Below, piece after piece: positions 43,712 to 53,729 of a stretch of DNA of 64,000 nt. The stretch is from contig JAYTOI010000037.1 in NCBI GenBank assembly GCA_043747875.1, positions 30 through 64,029 of the forward strand. The letters are read 5' to 3'. Positions within the stretch are counted from its first letter, which is position 1; every line of letters begins with the position of its first letter. The notes under the pieces are model-generated. The model was not told the origin of the DNA. It ran no database searches and saw nothing but the letters and a program-made list of their open reading frames with translations. The stretch comes from Pseudomonadota bacterium (lineage in GTDB: Bacteria > Pseudomonadota > Gammaproteobacteria > Steroidobacterales > Steroidobacteraceae). Made by a program: the position numbers and the translations under genes.

Positions 43712-46288
43712 ATGAATTCGAAGATCCAATCTGCTGGGCCATTTGCGCATACGGCGATGGGCTTCTTTGCGGCGCTGGTCACGGTTCTGGCCGCTCCAGT
43801 CCATGCTCAGGAATCGCCGTCGAATGCGGAACCGGAAGAGTTGGAAGAAGTGGTGGTGTCCGGGCAACGTCAGGCCGAGCTGCGTGCCGTCGAAGCCAAG
43901 CGCAAATCCGACAACGTCGTCGAGTCGCTGCAGGCCAACGATGTCGGAAAATTGCCCGATCAGAACGTCGCCGAAGCGGCTGGGCGCCTCGCGGGCATCT
44001 CGGTGGCGACCGACAAGGGCGAAGGCCGCTTTCTCATCATACGCGGCCTCGAGCCGAATCTGGCTAACGTCACGCTCAACAATCAAACCGCGACAGCTCC
44101 GGAACCGGAGTCGCGTCAGATCAAGCTCGACGACATCCCTTCCTCGCTCATCGGGTCCGTTTCGGTCATCAAGTCTCTGACACCGGATCTCGACGCGAAT
44201 GCCATTGCCGGGCAGGTGGACATCAGTACGTTGAATGCGTTCGACAAGGACGGCACGTTCGCCTCGGCGCGCCTGATCGCGGGTCAGTATCAGCTCGGCG
44301 ACGGTAAGCCATATGAAGGAGATGCGACCTGGGGCCGTCTACTTGGGCCCGGCGGGAAGTTTGGAATCGTACTCTCGGGCAATTATTCCACTCGTCCCAT
44401 CAATTCCGAAAATCTGCTGACGGGTGACCAGCGGTGGCAGACCGTCGGTATCCGCCAGCTTCCCGTTCAGCTCGACGTGCGGCGCTACGATCCGATTCAA
44501 AGATCGCGCTCCGGCGGTGTGGCGAACTTCGACTGGCGCCCGAGCGACAACACCGAGATGTTCTTCCGCGCAATGTATGCCCAGTACAAGGATGCCGAGA
44601 CGCGCAATCGATTCCGCGTTTCGTTCCCGACGAATCCGGCCTCGTACACCAACCAGACGGACACCACCGGCAGCATCACCGGTACTCGCGGCGAACGGTA
44701 TGTTCGCAAGCGCACCGAAACCGACGAAACCTTCACTTTCGCGCTCGGCGGCAAGTTCAGGATAGGTGACAACAGGCTGCAAGTGCAGGCGACGCATTCG
44801 CGCTCCGACAAGAACGACCCCATCCGCGATGAGTGGAGGTTCAGGACCGGCGGCTCCACCGTGGCGGCCACCTACGACCTTTCGGATGAGGTGTTCCTGC
44901 TGACGCCGGGGGCAGCGGGGTTCGTCGCGACTAACTACAACGCAGGAATTACCTACAACGACCGCACAGGAGATGCCATCGAGGACCTCAGCCAGATCCG
45001 TCTCGATTTCGAGATGCCGTTGTCCTTCGGCAACGACAGCTACTGGAAATTGGGCGCGAAGTACCTTGATCGGGACAAGTCCGACGATCGCGAAGGACGC
45101 TTTTTCGTGTACAACGCCATGGGCTTCACCCTGGCGAACGCGACCGGGGTGACGATCCCCTCCACGTATGACGGGCGCTACGCATTCGGCCCGGCCGTGG
45201 ATTTCGCCGCCGCGCGGGCTTTTTTCGACGCGAATCCGGCGGCTTTCACGCCGGACAATGCGGCATCGCTAAGCGATTCGCTCGGCGCGGACTACGAGGC
45301 GAACGAGACGATCCTTGCTGCCTACATCATGACCGGCTTGCGTTTCAGCAAGGCCACATTGACCGCGGGCGTGCGCGCCGAGCGGGCCGAAGGAGATTAC
45401 GCGGCGAAGACCATCACGCCCACGTCGACTCTTGCCACTCCGTTCAACTCATTTGGTGGCCGTGAATACACCACCGTCTTTCCAGGCGTAAACTTGAAGT
45501 GGAACTTGCGCGACAATCTGATGCTGCGTTCCGCGGTGACGACCGCCATCGGCCGGCCGGATTACAACAGGCTTGCGCCGAACGTAATCGTCGATACGGG
45601 CGGCAACACGGTGACCCTCGGAAATCCAGATCTCGCGCCCCTTCGGGCCACTAACTACGATCTTGCGCTCGAGTACTACACTTCGAATGGCGGTCTCATC
45701 TCGCTCGGCCTGTTCCGAAAAGACATTACGAACCCCATTTTTGTGAGCGGGCGAGTGGAAAGCGGGATCTACGGAGGAGTGCCGCTCGTAAATGCCGTGA
45801 TTACCCAGCCCCGCAACGGTGAAGAATCCGAGGTGTCGGGCTTCGAGCTCAGCGTCCAAATGCCCTTCGATTTCCTGCCGTCGCCGTGGAATGGATTCGG
45901 CATCAATACGAACCTGACGCTGTTGTCCGGCGATACGCGGATCCCGGGCCGGGCGGATGAGCTGCCGCTCTTCCTGCAATCGGACCGTATCGCCAACGCA
46001 CAGCTGTACTTTGAGAAACGCGGTTTTCTGGCGCGTGTCGCGTACTCGTATCGCTCCAAGTACCTGGACGTCATCGGCACTGGGACCGTTTCGGACGTCT
46101 ACACTGACGATCACGGACAAGTGGATGCTCGCGTGGGATATGACTTCAATGAGCATTTTTCAGTATTCGTCGAAGGACAGAACGTCGGAAATGTGCATGA
46201 CCGCCGTTTTATCGGCAGCGAAAACTTCTTCGTCGAAGACGAGGTGTTTGGCCGGCTGATCAGGGCGGGCGTGCAAGCCAACTACTAG
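43712..46288 (+). CDS. TonB-dependent outer-membrane receptor
   Basis: GGGAGG Shine-Dalgarno, signal peptide, plug domain (LQANDVGKLPDQNVAEA..RL.GI), terminal aromatic residue (..QANY). Confidence 0.88.
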   Translation: MNSKIQSAGPFAHTAMGFFAALVTVLAAPVHAQESPSNAEPEELEEVVVSGQRQAELRAVEAKRKSDNVVESLQANDVGKLPDQNVAEAAGRLAGISVATDKGEGRFLIIRGLEPNLANVTLNNQTATAPEPESRQIKLDDIPSSLIGSVSVIKSLTPDLDANAIAGQVDISTLNAFDKDGTFASARLIAGQYQLGDGKPYEGDATWGRLLGPGGKFGIVLSGNYSTRPINSENLLTGDQRWQTVGIRQLPVQLDVRRYDPIQRSRSGGVANFDWRPSDNTEMFFRAMYAQYKDAETRNRFRVSFPTNPASYTNQTDTTGSITGTRGERYVRKRTETDETFTFALGGKFRIGDNRLQVQATHSRSDKNDPIRDEWRFRTGGSTVAATYDLSDEVFLLTPGAAGFVATNYNAGITYNDRTGDAIEDLSQIRLDFEMPLSFGNDSYWKLGAKYLDRDKSDDREGRFFVYNAMGFTLANATGVTIPSTYDGRYAFGPAVDFAAARAFFDANPAAFTPDNAASLSDSLGADYEANETILAAYIMTGLRFSKATLTAGVRAERAEGDYAAKTITPTSTLATPFNSFGGREYTTVFPGVNLKWNLRDNLMLRSAVTTAIGRPDYNRLAPNVIVDTGGNTVTLGNPDLAPLRATNYDLALEYYTSNGGLISLGLFRKDITNPIFVSGRVESGIYGGVPLVNAVITQPRNGEESEVSGFELSVQMPFDFLPSPWNGFGINTNLTLLSGDTRIPGRADELPLFLQSDRIANAQLYFEKRGFLARVAYSYRSKYLDVIGTGTVSDVYTDDHGQVDARVGYDFNEHFSVFVEGQNVGNVHDRRFIGSENFFVEDEVFGRLIRAGVQANY

Positions 46289-46301
46289 AGAGTCTCGTAC
46301 A

Positions 46302-46336
46302 GGCGCCCGCATCGATATTGCGGGCGCCTCGTTTTT
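46302..46336 (+). terminator. Rho-independent terminator of the TonB-dependent receptor gene
   Basis: 10-bp perfect stem ggcgcccgca/tgcgggcgcc, 7-nt loop, followed by tcgttttt. Confidence 0.75.
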
Positions 46337-46613
46337 GAAGCCCAGGCTATGGACCGCGCGAAGTTTGAGTTTTGAGTTTGTCGGCAAAGTCAGGTAGGGG
46401 CAGATGAGCCACGACGGCAACAAGCCGCGCTCGGCTGACGCACAGCGTAGCCACACAGCCCGCGCCCATCTATCGCAGCCAGTTGAATCACGGCGCGTCA
46501 ATGTTCGGTTTTCGAGCACCGAGGGCGTGGCATCCGATCGACATGCGACAAGCGCGATCGGGTGCTCGCAGTCCGGCTTGCGTGCTCGACATTATTTTTA
46601 GGAAATTTATTCC

Positions 46614-46979
46614 ATGACTACATTCGCCGATGTTTCGCTCGCGCTACGATAAATCCTGCTCCCGTACGCAGGCGGGCTCACGTGCCTCAAGGACTCGCCC
46701 GCCGAACTCTATAGCAACGGAAAGTATCCCGATCCTAAAGGCAAGCCGGTCTTCTTCGTTGCCGTCCAAGTGAAGAAGAACCACGTGAGCTTCCACCTGA
46801 TGCCCGTGTACGTGAATCCGGCGTTGTTGGAAGCCATATCGCCGGAGTTGCGCAAACGCATGCAAGGCAAGTCATGCTTCAACTTCAAGACGATTGATAT
46901 GCAGCTTTTTGAGGAACTCGCCGCACTCACCTATGTGGCTTATACCAAGCCTTCAAGGACAGAGGAGATGCATGAGTGA
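46614..46979 (+). pseudogene. DUF1801-family gene with an in-frame TAA at codon 13
   Basis: ATG 46614 (AGGAA upstream) and the 46653..46979 reading frame are the same frame, interrupted only by TAA at 46650-46652. The downstream part reads VQVKKNHVSFHLMPVY...GKSCFNFKT. Confidence 0.5.
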
Positions 46980-47144
46980 GCGAGGGAGAGCCGGAAGACG
47001 AGGGATTTGGCCGCCTTGCCTGGAAGGCGCGCCAGCGTCGCCGGCCGGTTGTTAGGGGGTCAGCCGCGAAATCAGGGTTGTGGATCGAGGTTCGCGTCGA
47101 CATCGCAAAGTCGGTGCGCGAAAAACCGACTGAATTGTTTCCCT

Positions 47145-48002
47145 TCAGGTAAGGCCGGTGTGGTCTTTGTCTTTCTTCGACTGCAGCGTCTCGCTGAGCA
47201 CGACGACCAGTGGCTTCATGAACCACGAATGCTCCGGGCTCGACGCCACTTCGAATCCCGCCGCGCGAATGGCTTCCGCCACGATCGGCCCCACCGCGGC
47301 TATTTTCGTCAGCGTCAAAGCGCGCCGTACCAGCGCCGCGGGCTGCTGCGTCACCAGTCTTTCGATCTGCAGCTTGCTCGTGAACGCGATCGCATCCACT
47401 TCACCGGCCGCCATGCGCTCGAGCAGCGCCTTCACCGTCGCATCGTCCGCCGCGTTGCCGTACACGTAGGGCGCGACAGTCGACACCACCGCGCCGCGCG
47501 CATTGAGGAATCTCATGAGCGTGAGGTTTGGATCATTGCCATACAGCTGCACCGCCATGCGTCGACCCGTGAGATCCATCGGCGTCAGTGCGCGAATCAC
47601 GCCGTCAGTGGTCGGCTCGATGGCTTCGAGATGCGTCTTCATGCCCAGCGCGCGCAGCGCACGCGCCGGCTTTGGCCCGCGCGTGATGGTGCGCACTGTG
47701 CCGAGCGCCGCGACGAATCCCGCGCGCAGCGACGGCTCGTGCTTGTCTATGCAGTTCAGGATCCGGGTGAGCCCTTCGCCCGTGATCAACACGAAATCGT
47801 CGAAGCCGCCATCGATGAGCTGCACGGCGAACGCCAGCACCTGAGCGCTGTTCGGTGTGTCGTAGATCGTCACGAGCGGACAGCGCAACACCTCGGCGCC
47901 GCGCCGTTCGAGCAGCCCGCTGAAGACCTCCAGCTCGCGCATCTCGGGCACGGCGATGCGTTTGCCCTTGAGGTTCCAGTCGATCTGCGCCGGTGGTGCC
48001 AT
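47145..48002 (-). CDS. hemD: Uroporphyrinogen-III synthase (HemD family)
   Basis: Two-lobed HemD pattern (LKGKRIAVPE...ITGEG...; AVQLYG...VDAIAFTS...). 50 nt downstream of narK. Confidence 0.65.
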   Translation of the reverse strand: MAPPAQIDWNLKGKRIAVPEMRELEVFSGLLERRGAEVLRCPLVTIYDTPNSAQVLAFAVQLIDGGFDDFVLITGEGLTRILNCIDKHEPSLRAGFVAALGTVRTITRGPKPARALRALGMKTHLEAIEPTTDGVIRALTPMDLTGRRMAVQLYGNDPNLTLMRFLNARGAVVSTVAPYVYGNAADDATVKALLERMAAGEVDAIAFTSKLQIERLVTQQPAALVRRALTLTKIAAVGPIVAEAIRAAGFEVASSPEHSWFMKPLVVVLSETLQSKKDKDHTGLT

Positions 48003-48052
48003 GAAGTCGTACGCTCGGCGTGTGGGCAGGGCCCGTTGGTGGGTCTCGCATA

Positions 48053-49267
48053 CTAGATTCTCGCGCCCGCCACGCCAATCGCGCCCCAAGTCGTGCGCCA
48101 GCGATGCTTGATGATCGTCAAACCGACCAGCGCGAGCACCGCCAGCGACGCGAAACCGAGCAGGCCCGCTTGATAGGTGCCGGTGACCTGCTTGGAAATG
48201 CCGAGACCCGAGGCGAGAAAGAACCCGCCGACGCCGCCCGTCATTCCGACCAGACCCGTCATGACGCCAATTTCGTGGCGAAAGCGCTGCGGTACGAGTT
48301 GGAACACCGAGCCGTTGCCCATGCCGAAGGCCAGCATGCCCATCGCGAACAGCGCGAGCGCAGTGTACACGCTGACTGGACGGAAGCTGACGATCACCAG
48401 CGCGCACGCGGCAATCGCGTACATGACACTCAGCGTCTTGATGCCGCCGATGCGGTCGGCGAGCGCACCGCCGATGGGTCGCACGAGCGAACCTACGAAT
48501 ACGCAGGCGGCGGTGAAATAGCCCGCGGTTACCGCGTCGAGGCCGTAGTCGGTGCTGAAGTAGATAGCCAGCGCCGACGCGAGGCCGACGAAGCCGCCGA
48601 ACGTCACGGCGTAGAAGAACATGAACCACCACGCATCGCTCATGCGCAGCACGGCGAGGTATTCCGGCAGTCTCTTCGGCGGCGGCGGATTGGGGCTGTC
48701 CTTCGCGGCAAAGATGTACACGAAGAATGCGAGCGACAGCGGCAGCACGGCCAGACCGAGCACGTTGTTCCAGCCGAGCATCTTCGCGAGGCCAGGCGCG
48801 AACAGCGATGCGAACACAGTGCCGGAGTTGCCCGCGCCGGCGATGCCGAGCGCGATGCCCTGATATTGCGGTGGATACCACCGCGACGCGAGCGGCAACG
48901 CGACGGCGAACGACGCGCCCGCGACACCCAGCACGACGCCGGTCGCCAGCGCGCCGCCATAGCTGTCCACGTGCAGGAGCCATGCGGCGGTGAGGCCCGC
49001 GATGACGATGAGCTGGCCGATGACGCCGGTACGCTTGGGACCGAGACGGTCGACCAGCACGCCGAACACGACACGCAGCAACGCACCCGCGAGGACCGGC
49101 AGCGCGACCATGAAGCCCTTCTGCGCCGGGTTGAGCCCGAGGTCCGCGGATATCTGGACGCCCAGCGCGCCGAGCAGCACCCACACCATGAAGCTCATGT
49201 CAAAGTAGAAAAACGCCGACAGCAAAGTGGGAAGATGGCCCGCTTTCAAGAACTCGCGATTGATCAC
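48053..49267 (-). CDS. narK: MFS nitrate/nitrite transporter NarK/NasA type
   Basis: FYFDMSFMVWVLLGALG...GALLRVVFGVLVDRLGPKR, 12 TM. GTG start chosen; an upstream ATG at 49360 is possible. Confidence 0.85.
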   Translation of the reverse strand: MINREFLKAGHLPTLLSAFFYFDMSFMVWVLLGALGVQISADLGLNPAQKGFMVALPVLAGALLRVVFGVLVDRLGPKRTGVIGQLIVIAGLTAAWLLHVDSYGGALATGVVLGVAGASFAVALPLASRWYPPQYQGIALGIAGAGNSGTVFASLFAPGLAKMLGWNNVLGLAVLPLSLAFFVYIFAAKDSPNPPPPKRLPEYLAVLRMSDAWWFMFFYAVTFGGFVGLASALAIYFSTDYGLDAVTAGYFTAACVFVGSLVRPIGGALADRIGGIKTLSVMYAIAACALVIVSFRPVSVYTALALFAMGMLAFGMGNGSVFQLVPQRFRHEIGVMTGLVGMTGGVGGFFLASGLGISKQVTGTYQAGLLGFASLAVLALVGLTIIKHRWRTTWGAIGVAGARI

Positions 49268-49278
49268 GTTACCCCCAC

Positions 49279-51024
49279 ATGTCGAGTCAGACCCGTGCAA
49301 GCATGCAAGTAGCGGACCAGAGCGCGGCGGGCGGTCTGCATGTCGGCGTCGGGTATGCAAGCGAGCGCGGTGGCCGCCCGGACAATCAGGACTACGGTGC
49401 GTGTTATGTCAGCCCGGTGCGCTCGCGGCTAACTATCGGACTCGTGGCGGCCGTCGCGGACGGCGTGGGAGGCGCCAAGGGCGGGCGTGTGGCCGCGGAG
49501 GTCGCAGTGCGCGGCTTCATCGACGGTTGTTTCGGCCAGCCGGCGGCCATCGGTGTGGCACGCGTTGGCGCGCGCGCCGTGGATGCCGTGAATCGGTGGC
49601 TCCACACACTCAGTCGCAGCGATTCCGCGCTCAATGGCATGGCGTGCACCCTGAGCGCACTGGTTCTGTGCGGACGGAGTACCCACCTGGTCCATGTTGG
49701 GGACTCGCGTGTGTACCGTTTGCGCGACAACACGCTGTCGCTGCTCACCACCGACCACACTTTGGGGGCGCCGGGAACGTCCAATGCGCTCACGCGCGCC
49801 GTCGGCGCGCAGAGCGACGTGCGCGTCGAGCATCTCAAGGAAACCGTGCACGTGCACGATCGCTATCTGCTGTGCAGCGACGGCGTGCATGGAGTTTTGT
49901 CGCGCCGCGAGATTCAAGCGTCGCTCGCGCGTCGCGCCTCGCCACAGGAAACCGCACAGCAACTCGTGGAGCAGGCGACGACGCCTGCCGAATCGGACAA
50001 TGCCACCGCGATCGTGCTCGACGTCCTGGCGTTGCCGGAGACGCAGCTCGCGGACCTGGAGCTCGCGCTGGCGGAGCTGCCGTTGCGCCAGCCGCCCGCG
50101 AGCGGCGAGGTCGTCGATGGATTCGCGCTCGGCGAGATGCTGGCAGACGGGCCGTACACGCGTGTGTTCCGAGCCACCGATCTGCCGATGTCGCGCGAGG
50201 TGGTGATCAAATTCCCGAAGCCGCGACCCGGTCTCGAGCCGCTGCTGCGCACCGCGATGTTGCGCGAGATGTGGATCGCCGGCCACGTGCGCAGTCCGTT
50301 CATCACCGAGACCTGCGAGCCGCCACCCGAGCGGCGCACGTGTCTCTACGGCGTGCTGCCTTACTACCACGGCGAGACGCTCGAGCGGCGACTGATGCGC
50401 CGGCCATCGCTCACGCTTTCCGTGGGGCTCGACATCGCGGTGAAACTGGCGAAAGCGCTCGCGGCGCTGCATCGCGCGGGCATCATCCATCGCGACATCA
50501 AGCCCGACAACATCCTGCTCGAGCGCGGCGGGGGCTTGAAGCTCATCGACCTCGGCGTCGCGCGGCTGCGTCAGTCGGATGACACCGAGAGCGTCGAGGT
50601 GCCCGGCACGCGCAGCTACATGGCGCCCGAGTTGTTTGCCGGCACGAACGCCGACGAGAGCACGGACATCTTCGCGCTCGGCGTCACGATCTATCGCATG
50701 TTCACGGCAGGCGCGTATCCCTACGGTGAGATCGAAGCCTTCGCGCAGCCGCGGCTGGACCAGCCGGTGGCGCTCGCGAAACTGCGGCCGGATCTGCCGG
50801 CATGGCTCGAACGTGCGATCGCGCGCGCCATCGCGGTGGAATGGCGCGAGCGCTACGCCGACGCCATCGAGTTCGCATTCGAGCTCGAGCACGGCGCGCT
50901 GCGCGCGGTGCCGCTCACACTGACGCGCCCTTCGTTCTATGAGCGCAACCCGCTGCGCTTCTGGCAGCTCGTCGCGGCGCTGTTGTTCGTGGCGTTGATG
51001 ATCGCGCTCGCGCATCTCCACTAG
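49279..51024 (+). CDS. Bifunctional PP2C phosphatase / Ser-Thr protein kinase with C-terminal TM anchor
   Basis: PP2C motifs (RPDNQDY, ADGVGG, CSDGV), kinase motifs ([23 protein letters not shown]), terminal hydrophobic helix. Confidence 0.85.
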   Translation: MSSQTRASMQVADQSAAGGLHVGVGYASERGGRPDNQDYGACYVSPVRSRLTIGLVAAVADGVGGAKGGRVAAEVAVRGFIDGCFGQPAAIGVARVGARAVDAVNRWLHTLSRSDSALNGMACTLSALVLCGRSTHLVHVGDSRVYRLRDNTLSLLTTDHTLGAPGTSNALTRAVGAQSDVRVEHLKETVHVHDRYLLCSDGVHGVLSRREIQASLARRASPQETAQQLVEQATTPAESDNATAIVLDVLALPETQLADLELALAELPLRQPPASGEVVDGFALGEMLADGPYTRVFRATDLPMSREVVIKFPKPRPGLEPLLRTAMLREMWIAGHVRSPFITETCEPPPERRTCLYGVLPYYHGETLERRLMRRPSLTLSVGLDIAVKLAKALAALHRAGIIHRDIKPDNILLERGGGLKLIDLGVARLRQSDDTESVEVPGTRSYMAPELFAGTNADESTDIFALGVTIYRMFTAGAYPYGEIEAFAQPRLDQPVALAKLRPDLPAWLERAIARAIAVEWRERYADAIEFAFELEHGALRAVPLTLTRPSFYERNPLRFWQLVAALLFVALMIALAHLH

Positions 51025-51145
51025 AGGCGATTCGACCCCGCGCCGCTGCACCGCGTTGAAAGCGCGCGTGCACCCCCGCGCCGCTTTTCGGTGCGGTGCA
51101 CGCAAAGCGGAGGCCCACACGCGCGAAATGCCCCTCGCAAGCACC

Positions 51146-51161
51146 TGGCACAGGGATTGCT
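51146..51161 (+). promoter_or_regulatory. Sigma-54 (-24/-12) promoter of nrtABCD operon
   Basis: TGGCAC-aggga-TTGCT, 30-48 nt upstream of the candidate nrtA starts. Confidence 0.65.
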
Positions 51162-51190
51162 TTGCTCGCCTGTGCGCAATCGCGCTCGGA

Positions 51191-52600
51191 ATGCGGAGGA
51201 TGTTAGGAGTGCAAATCAGTCGTTCGTTCGCCATCGCGCGCGCGGTACTCGCGAGTATCGTCCTGAGTCTGCTGGGCGCGGCGAGCGCGCACGCGGCGGG
51301 CAAGGGCCCGGAAAAAGAACAGATCAAGCTCGGCTTCATCAAGCTCACCGACATGGCGCCGCTCGCCATCGCATACGAGAAGGGATACTTCGAAGACGAA
51401 GGGCTGTACGTCACGCTCGAGCCGCAGGCGAACTGGAAAGTGATCCTCGACCGTGTGATCACGGGCGAGCTGGATGGGGCGCACATGCTGGCGGGGCAAC
51501 CCATCGGTGCGTCGGTGGGCATCGGCACGAAGGCCGACATCGTCACCGGCTTCAGCATGGACTTGAACGGCAACGCGATCACGGTCTCGAACGAGGTGTG
51601 GGCACTGATGAAGCCCGCGCTGCCCGCCGACGAAAAGGGGCTGCCCAAACATCCGATCACCGCCGGCGCGCTGAAGCCGGCGATCGAGAAACTCAAGGCG
51701 GCCGGCAAGCCGTTCAAGATGGCGATGGTCTTCCCGGTGTCGACGCACAACTACGAGTTGCGCTACTGGCTCGCCGCGGGCGGCGTCCATCCCGGGTTCT
51801 ATTCGCCATCGGACGTGAACGGCAACACGCGTGCCGACGTCTTGTTGTCGGTGACGCCGCCGCCGCAGATGCCGGCGACGCTGGAGGCGGGCACGATCAA
51901 CGGCTACTGCGTCGGCGAGCCGTGGAACCAGCAGGCCATCTTCAAGGGCGTCGGCGTGCCGGTGATCACCGACTACGAGATCTGGAAGAACAATCCGGAG
52001 AAGGTGTTCGGCGTCACGAAGGCCTGGGCTGAGAAGAATCCGCGCACGCACATCGCCGTCGTGAAGGCATTGCTGCGTGCCGCGATGTGGCTGGACGACA
52101 AGAATGGCGCGAACCGCAAGGAAGCCGCGCAAATCCTCTCGCGTCCCGAATACGTGGGCGCGGACTATCGCGTCATCGCGAACAGCATGACGGGGACGTT
52201 CGAATACAGTCGCGGCGACAAGCGTGCGCTGCCGGACTTCAACGTGTTCTTCAGGTACCACGCTAACTACCCGTTCTATTCGGACGCGGTCTGGTACCTC
52301 ACGCAGATGCGCCGCTGGGGCCAGATCCCGGACGCGAAGCCGGATGCCTGGTATCTCGACACCGCGAAGAAAATCTACCGCCCCGACGTGTTCGTCGAAG
52401 CCGCGAAGCAGTTGATGGCGGAGAAGAAGGCGAACGCCGCGGACTTCGATTTCGCGAGCGACGGATTCCGCGCGCCGACCAAGGAGTTCATCGACGGCAT
52501 CGAATTCGATGGCCGCAAGCCGAATGCGTACATCGAGAAGCTGACTGTCGGACTGAAGGGCCAACAGAAGATCGAGAACGGCAATGTCGTCGGCCAGTAG
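51191..52600 (+). CDS. nrtA: Nitrate ABC transporter periplasmic substrate-binding protein
   Basis: Signal peptide then [27 protein letters not shown] (NrtA/CmpA pattern). The start may be 51200 or GTG 51209, which has the best Shine-Dalgarno spacing. Confidence 0.85.
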   Translation: MRRMLGVQISRSFAIARAVLASIVLSLLGAASAHAAGKGPEKEQIKLGFIKLTDMAPLAIAYEKGYFEDEGLYVTLEPQANWKVILDRVITGELDGAHMLAGQPIGASVGIGTKADIVTGFSMDLNGNAITVSNEVWALMKPALPADEKGLPKHPITAGALKPAIEKLKAAGKPFKMAMVFPVSTHNYELRYWLAAGGVHPGFYSPSDVNGNTRADVLLSVTPPPQMPATLEAGTINGYCVGEPWNQQAIFKGVGVPVITDYEIWKNNPEKVFGVTKAWAEKNPRTHIAVVKALLRAAMWLDDKNGANRKEAAQILSRPEYVGADYRVIANSMTGTFEYSRGDKRALPDFNVFFRYHANYPFYSDAVWYLTQMRRWGQIPDAKPDAWYLDTAKKIYRPDVFVEAAKQLMAEKKANAADFDFASDGFRAPTKEFIDGIEFDGRKPNAYIEKLTVGLKGQQKIENGNVVGQ

Positions 52601-53729
52601 CGCCGGAAAGCGACCGCCGCCGGTCGCGCCGGTGGAGGTCGCGCCCGCCCCGCCGGGCGCGCCCGCCGCGCGCAGTAGTGGACCGCCCAAGGCGCGCTTC
52701 CCACGCTTGAACGCCGGCATCGATGCCACCATCCGTGCGCTCTCGCTGATCGGTCTCGGTTTCCTCAAGCCGGTGATGGCGATCTGCCGCGGCGAGGATC
52801 CGCGCGCGCACATGCGCCAACTCTGGCTGGACCTCGGCGCGCCGGTGCTCGCAATCGTCGCGTTCCTGTTCGTGTGGAGCCACGTGTCGTCGAGCATTCA
52901 CACCAGCCTCGGTCAGATCCCCGGGCCGGTCGCGGTGTGGGTGCAGACGAAATCGCTGTGGGCCGACCATCTCGTGCAGCGCGAGAAGGCCACGGCGTTC
53001 TACGAGCGGCAGGAAAAGCGCAACGCGGAGAAGCGCGTGGAAGATCCGGGTGCGCAGATCAGCACCGCCGGATACACCGGCAAGCCTACCTACATCGATC
53101 AGATCTTCACTAGTTTGAAGACCGTGTTCGCGGGCTTCCTGCTGGCGACGCTCATCGCGGTGCCGCTCGGCATCCTGTGCGGCGCGAGCAGGACGTTCAA
53201 CGCGATGTTCAATCCGCTGATCCAGTTGTTCAAGCCCGTCTCGCCGCTGGCGTGGCTGCCCATCGTCACGATGATCGTGAGCGCGGTGTATGTGACGGCG
53301 GATCCGATGTTCGACAAGTCGTTCATCAACTCGGCGGTGACGGTGACGCTGTGCTCGCTGTGGCCCACGGTCATCAACACCGCGGTCGGCGTCGCGTCGA
53401 TCGACCGCGATCTGCTGAACGTCGCGCGCGTGCTGCGGCTCCAGAAATTCACGCAGCTCACGAAGCTCGTGCTGCCGTCGTCGCTGCCTTACATCTTCAC
53501 CGGCATGCGGCTGTCGCTGGGGGTGGGTTGGATGGTGCTGATCGCGGCCGAGATGCTGGCGCAGAACCCCGGCCTCGGAAAATTCGTCTGGGACGAATTC
53601 CAGAACGGCAGCTCCGAATCGCTGAGCCGCATCATGGTGGCGGTGTTCACCATCGGCATCATCGGCTTCCTGCTCGATCGCGTCATGCTGGCGCTGCAGA
53701 GCGCGTTCAGCTACGGCCCGACCCGATGA
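52584..53729 (+). CDS. nrtB: Nitrate ABC transporter permease
   Basis: BPD_transp_1 pattern with an EAA-like loop ([16 protein letters not shown]), 6-7 TM. Confidence 0.85.
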   Translation: MSSASSAGKRPPPVAPVEVAPAPPGAPAARSSGPPKARFPRLNAGIDATIRALSLIGLGFLKPVMAICRGEDPRAHMRQLWLDLGAPVLAIVAFLFVWSHVSSSIHTSLGQIPGPVAVWVQTKSLWADHLVQREKATAFYERQEKRNAEKRVEDPGAQISTAGYTGKPTYIDQIFTSLKTVFAGFLLATLIAVPLGILCGASRTFNAMFNPLIQLFKPVSPLAWLPIVTMIVSAVYVTADPMFDKSFINSAVTVTLCSLWPTVINTAVGVASIDRDLLNVARVLRLQKFTQLTKLVLPSSLPYIFTGMRLSLGVGWMVLIAAEMLAQNPGLGKFVWDEFQNGSSESLSRIMVAVFTIGIIGFLLDRVMLALQSAFSYGPTR

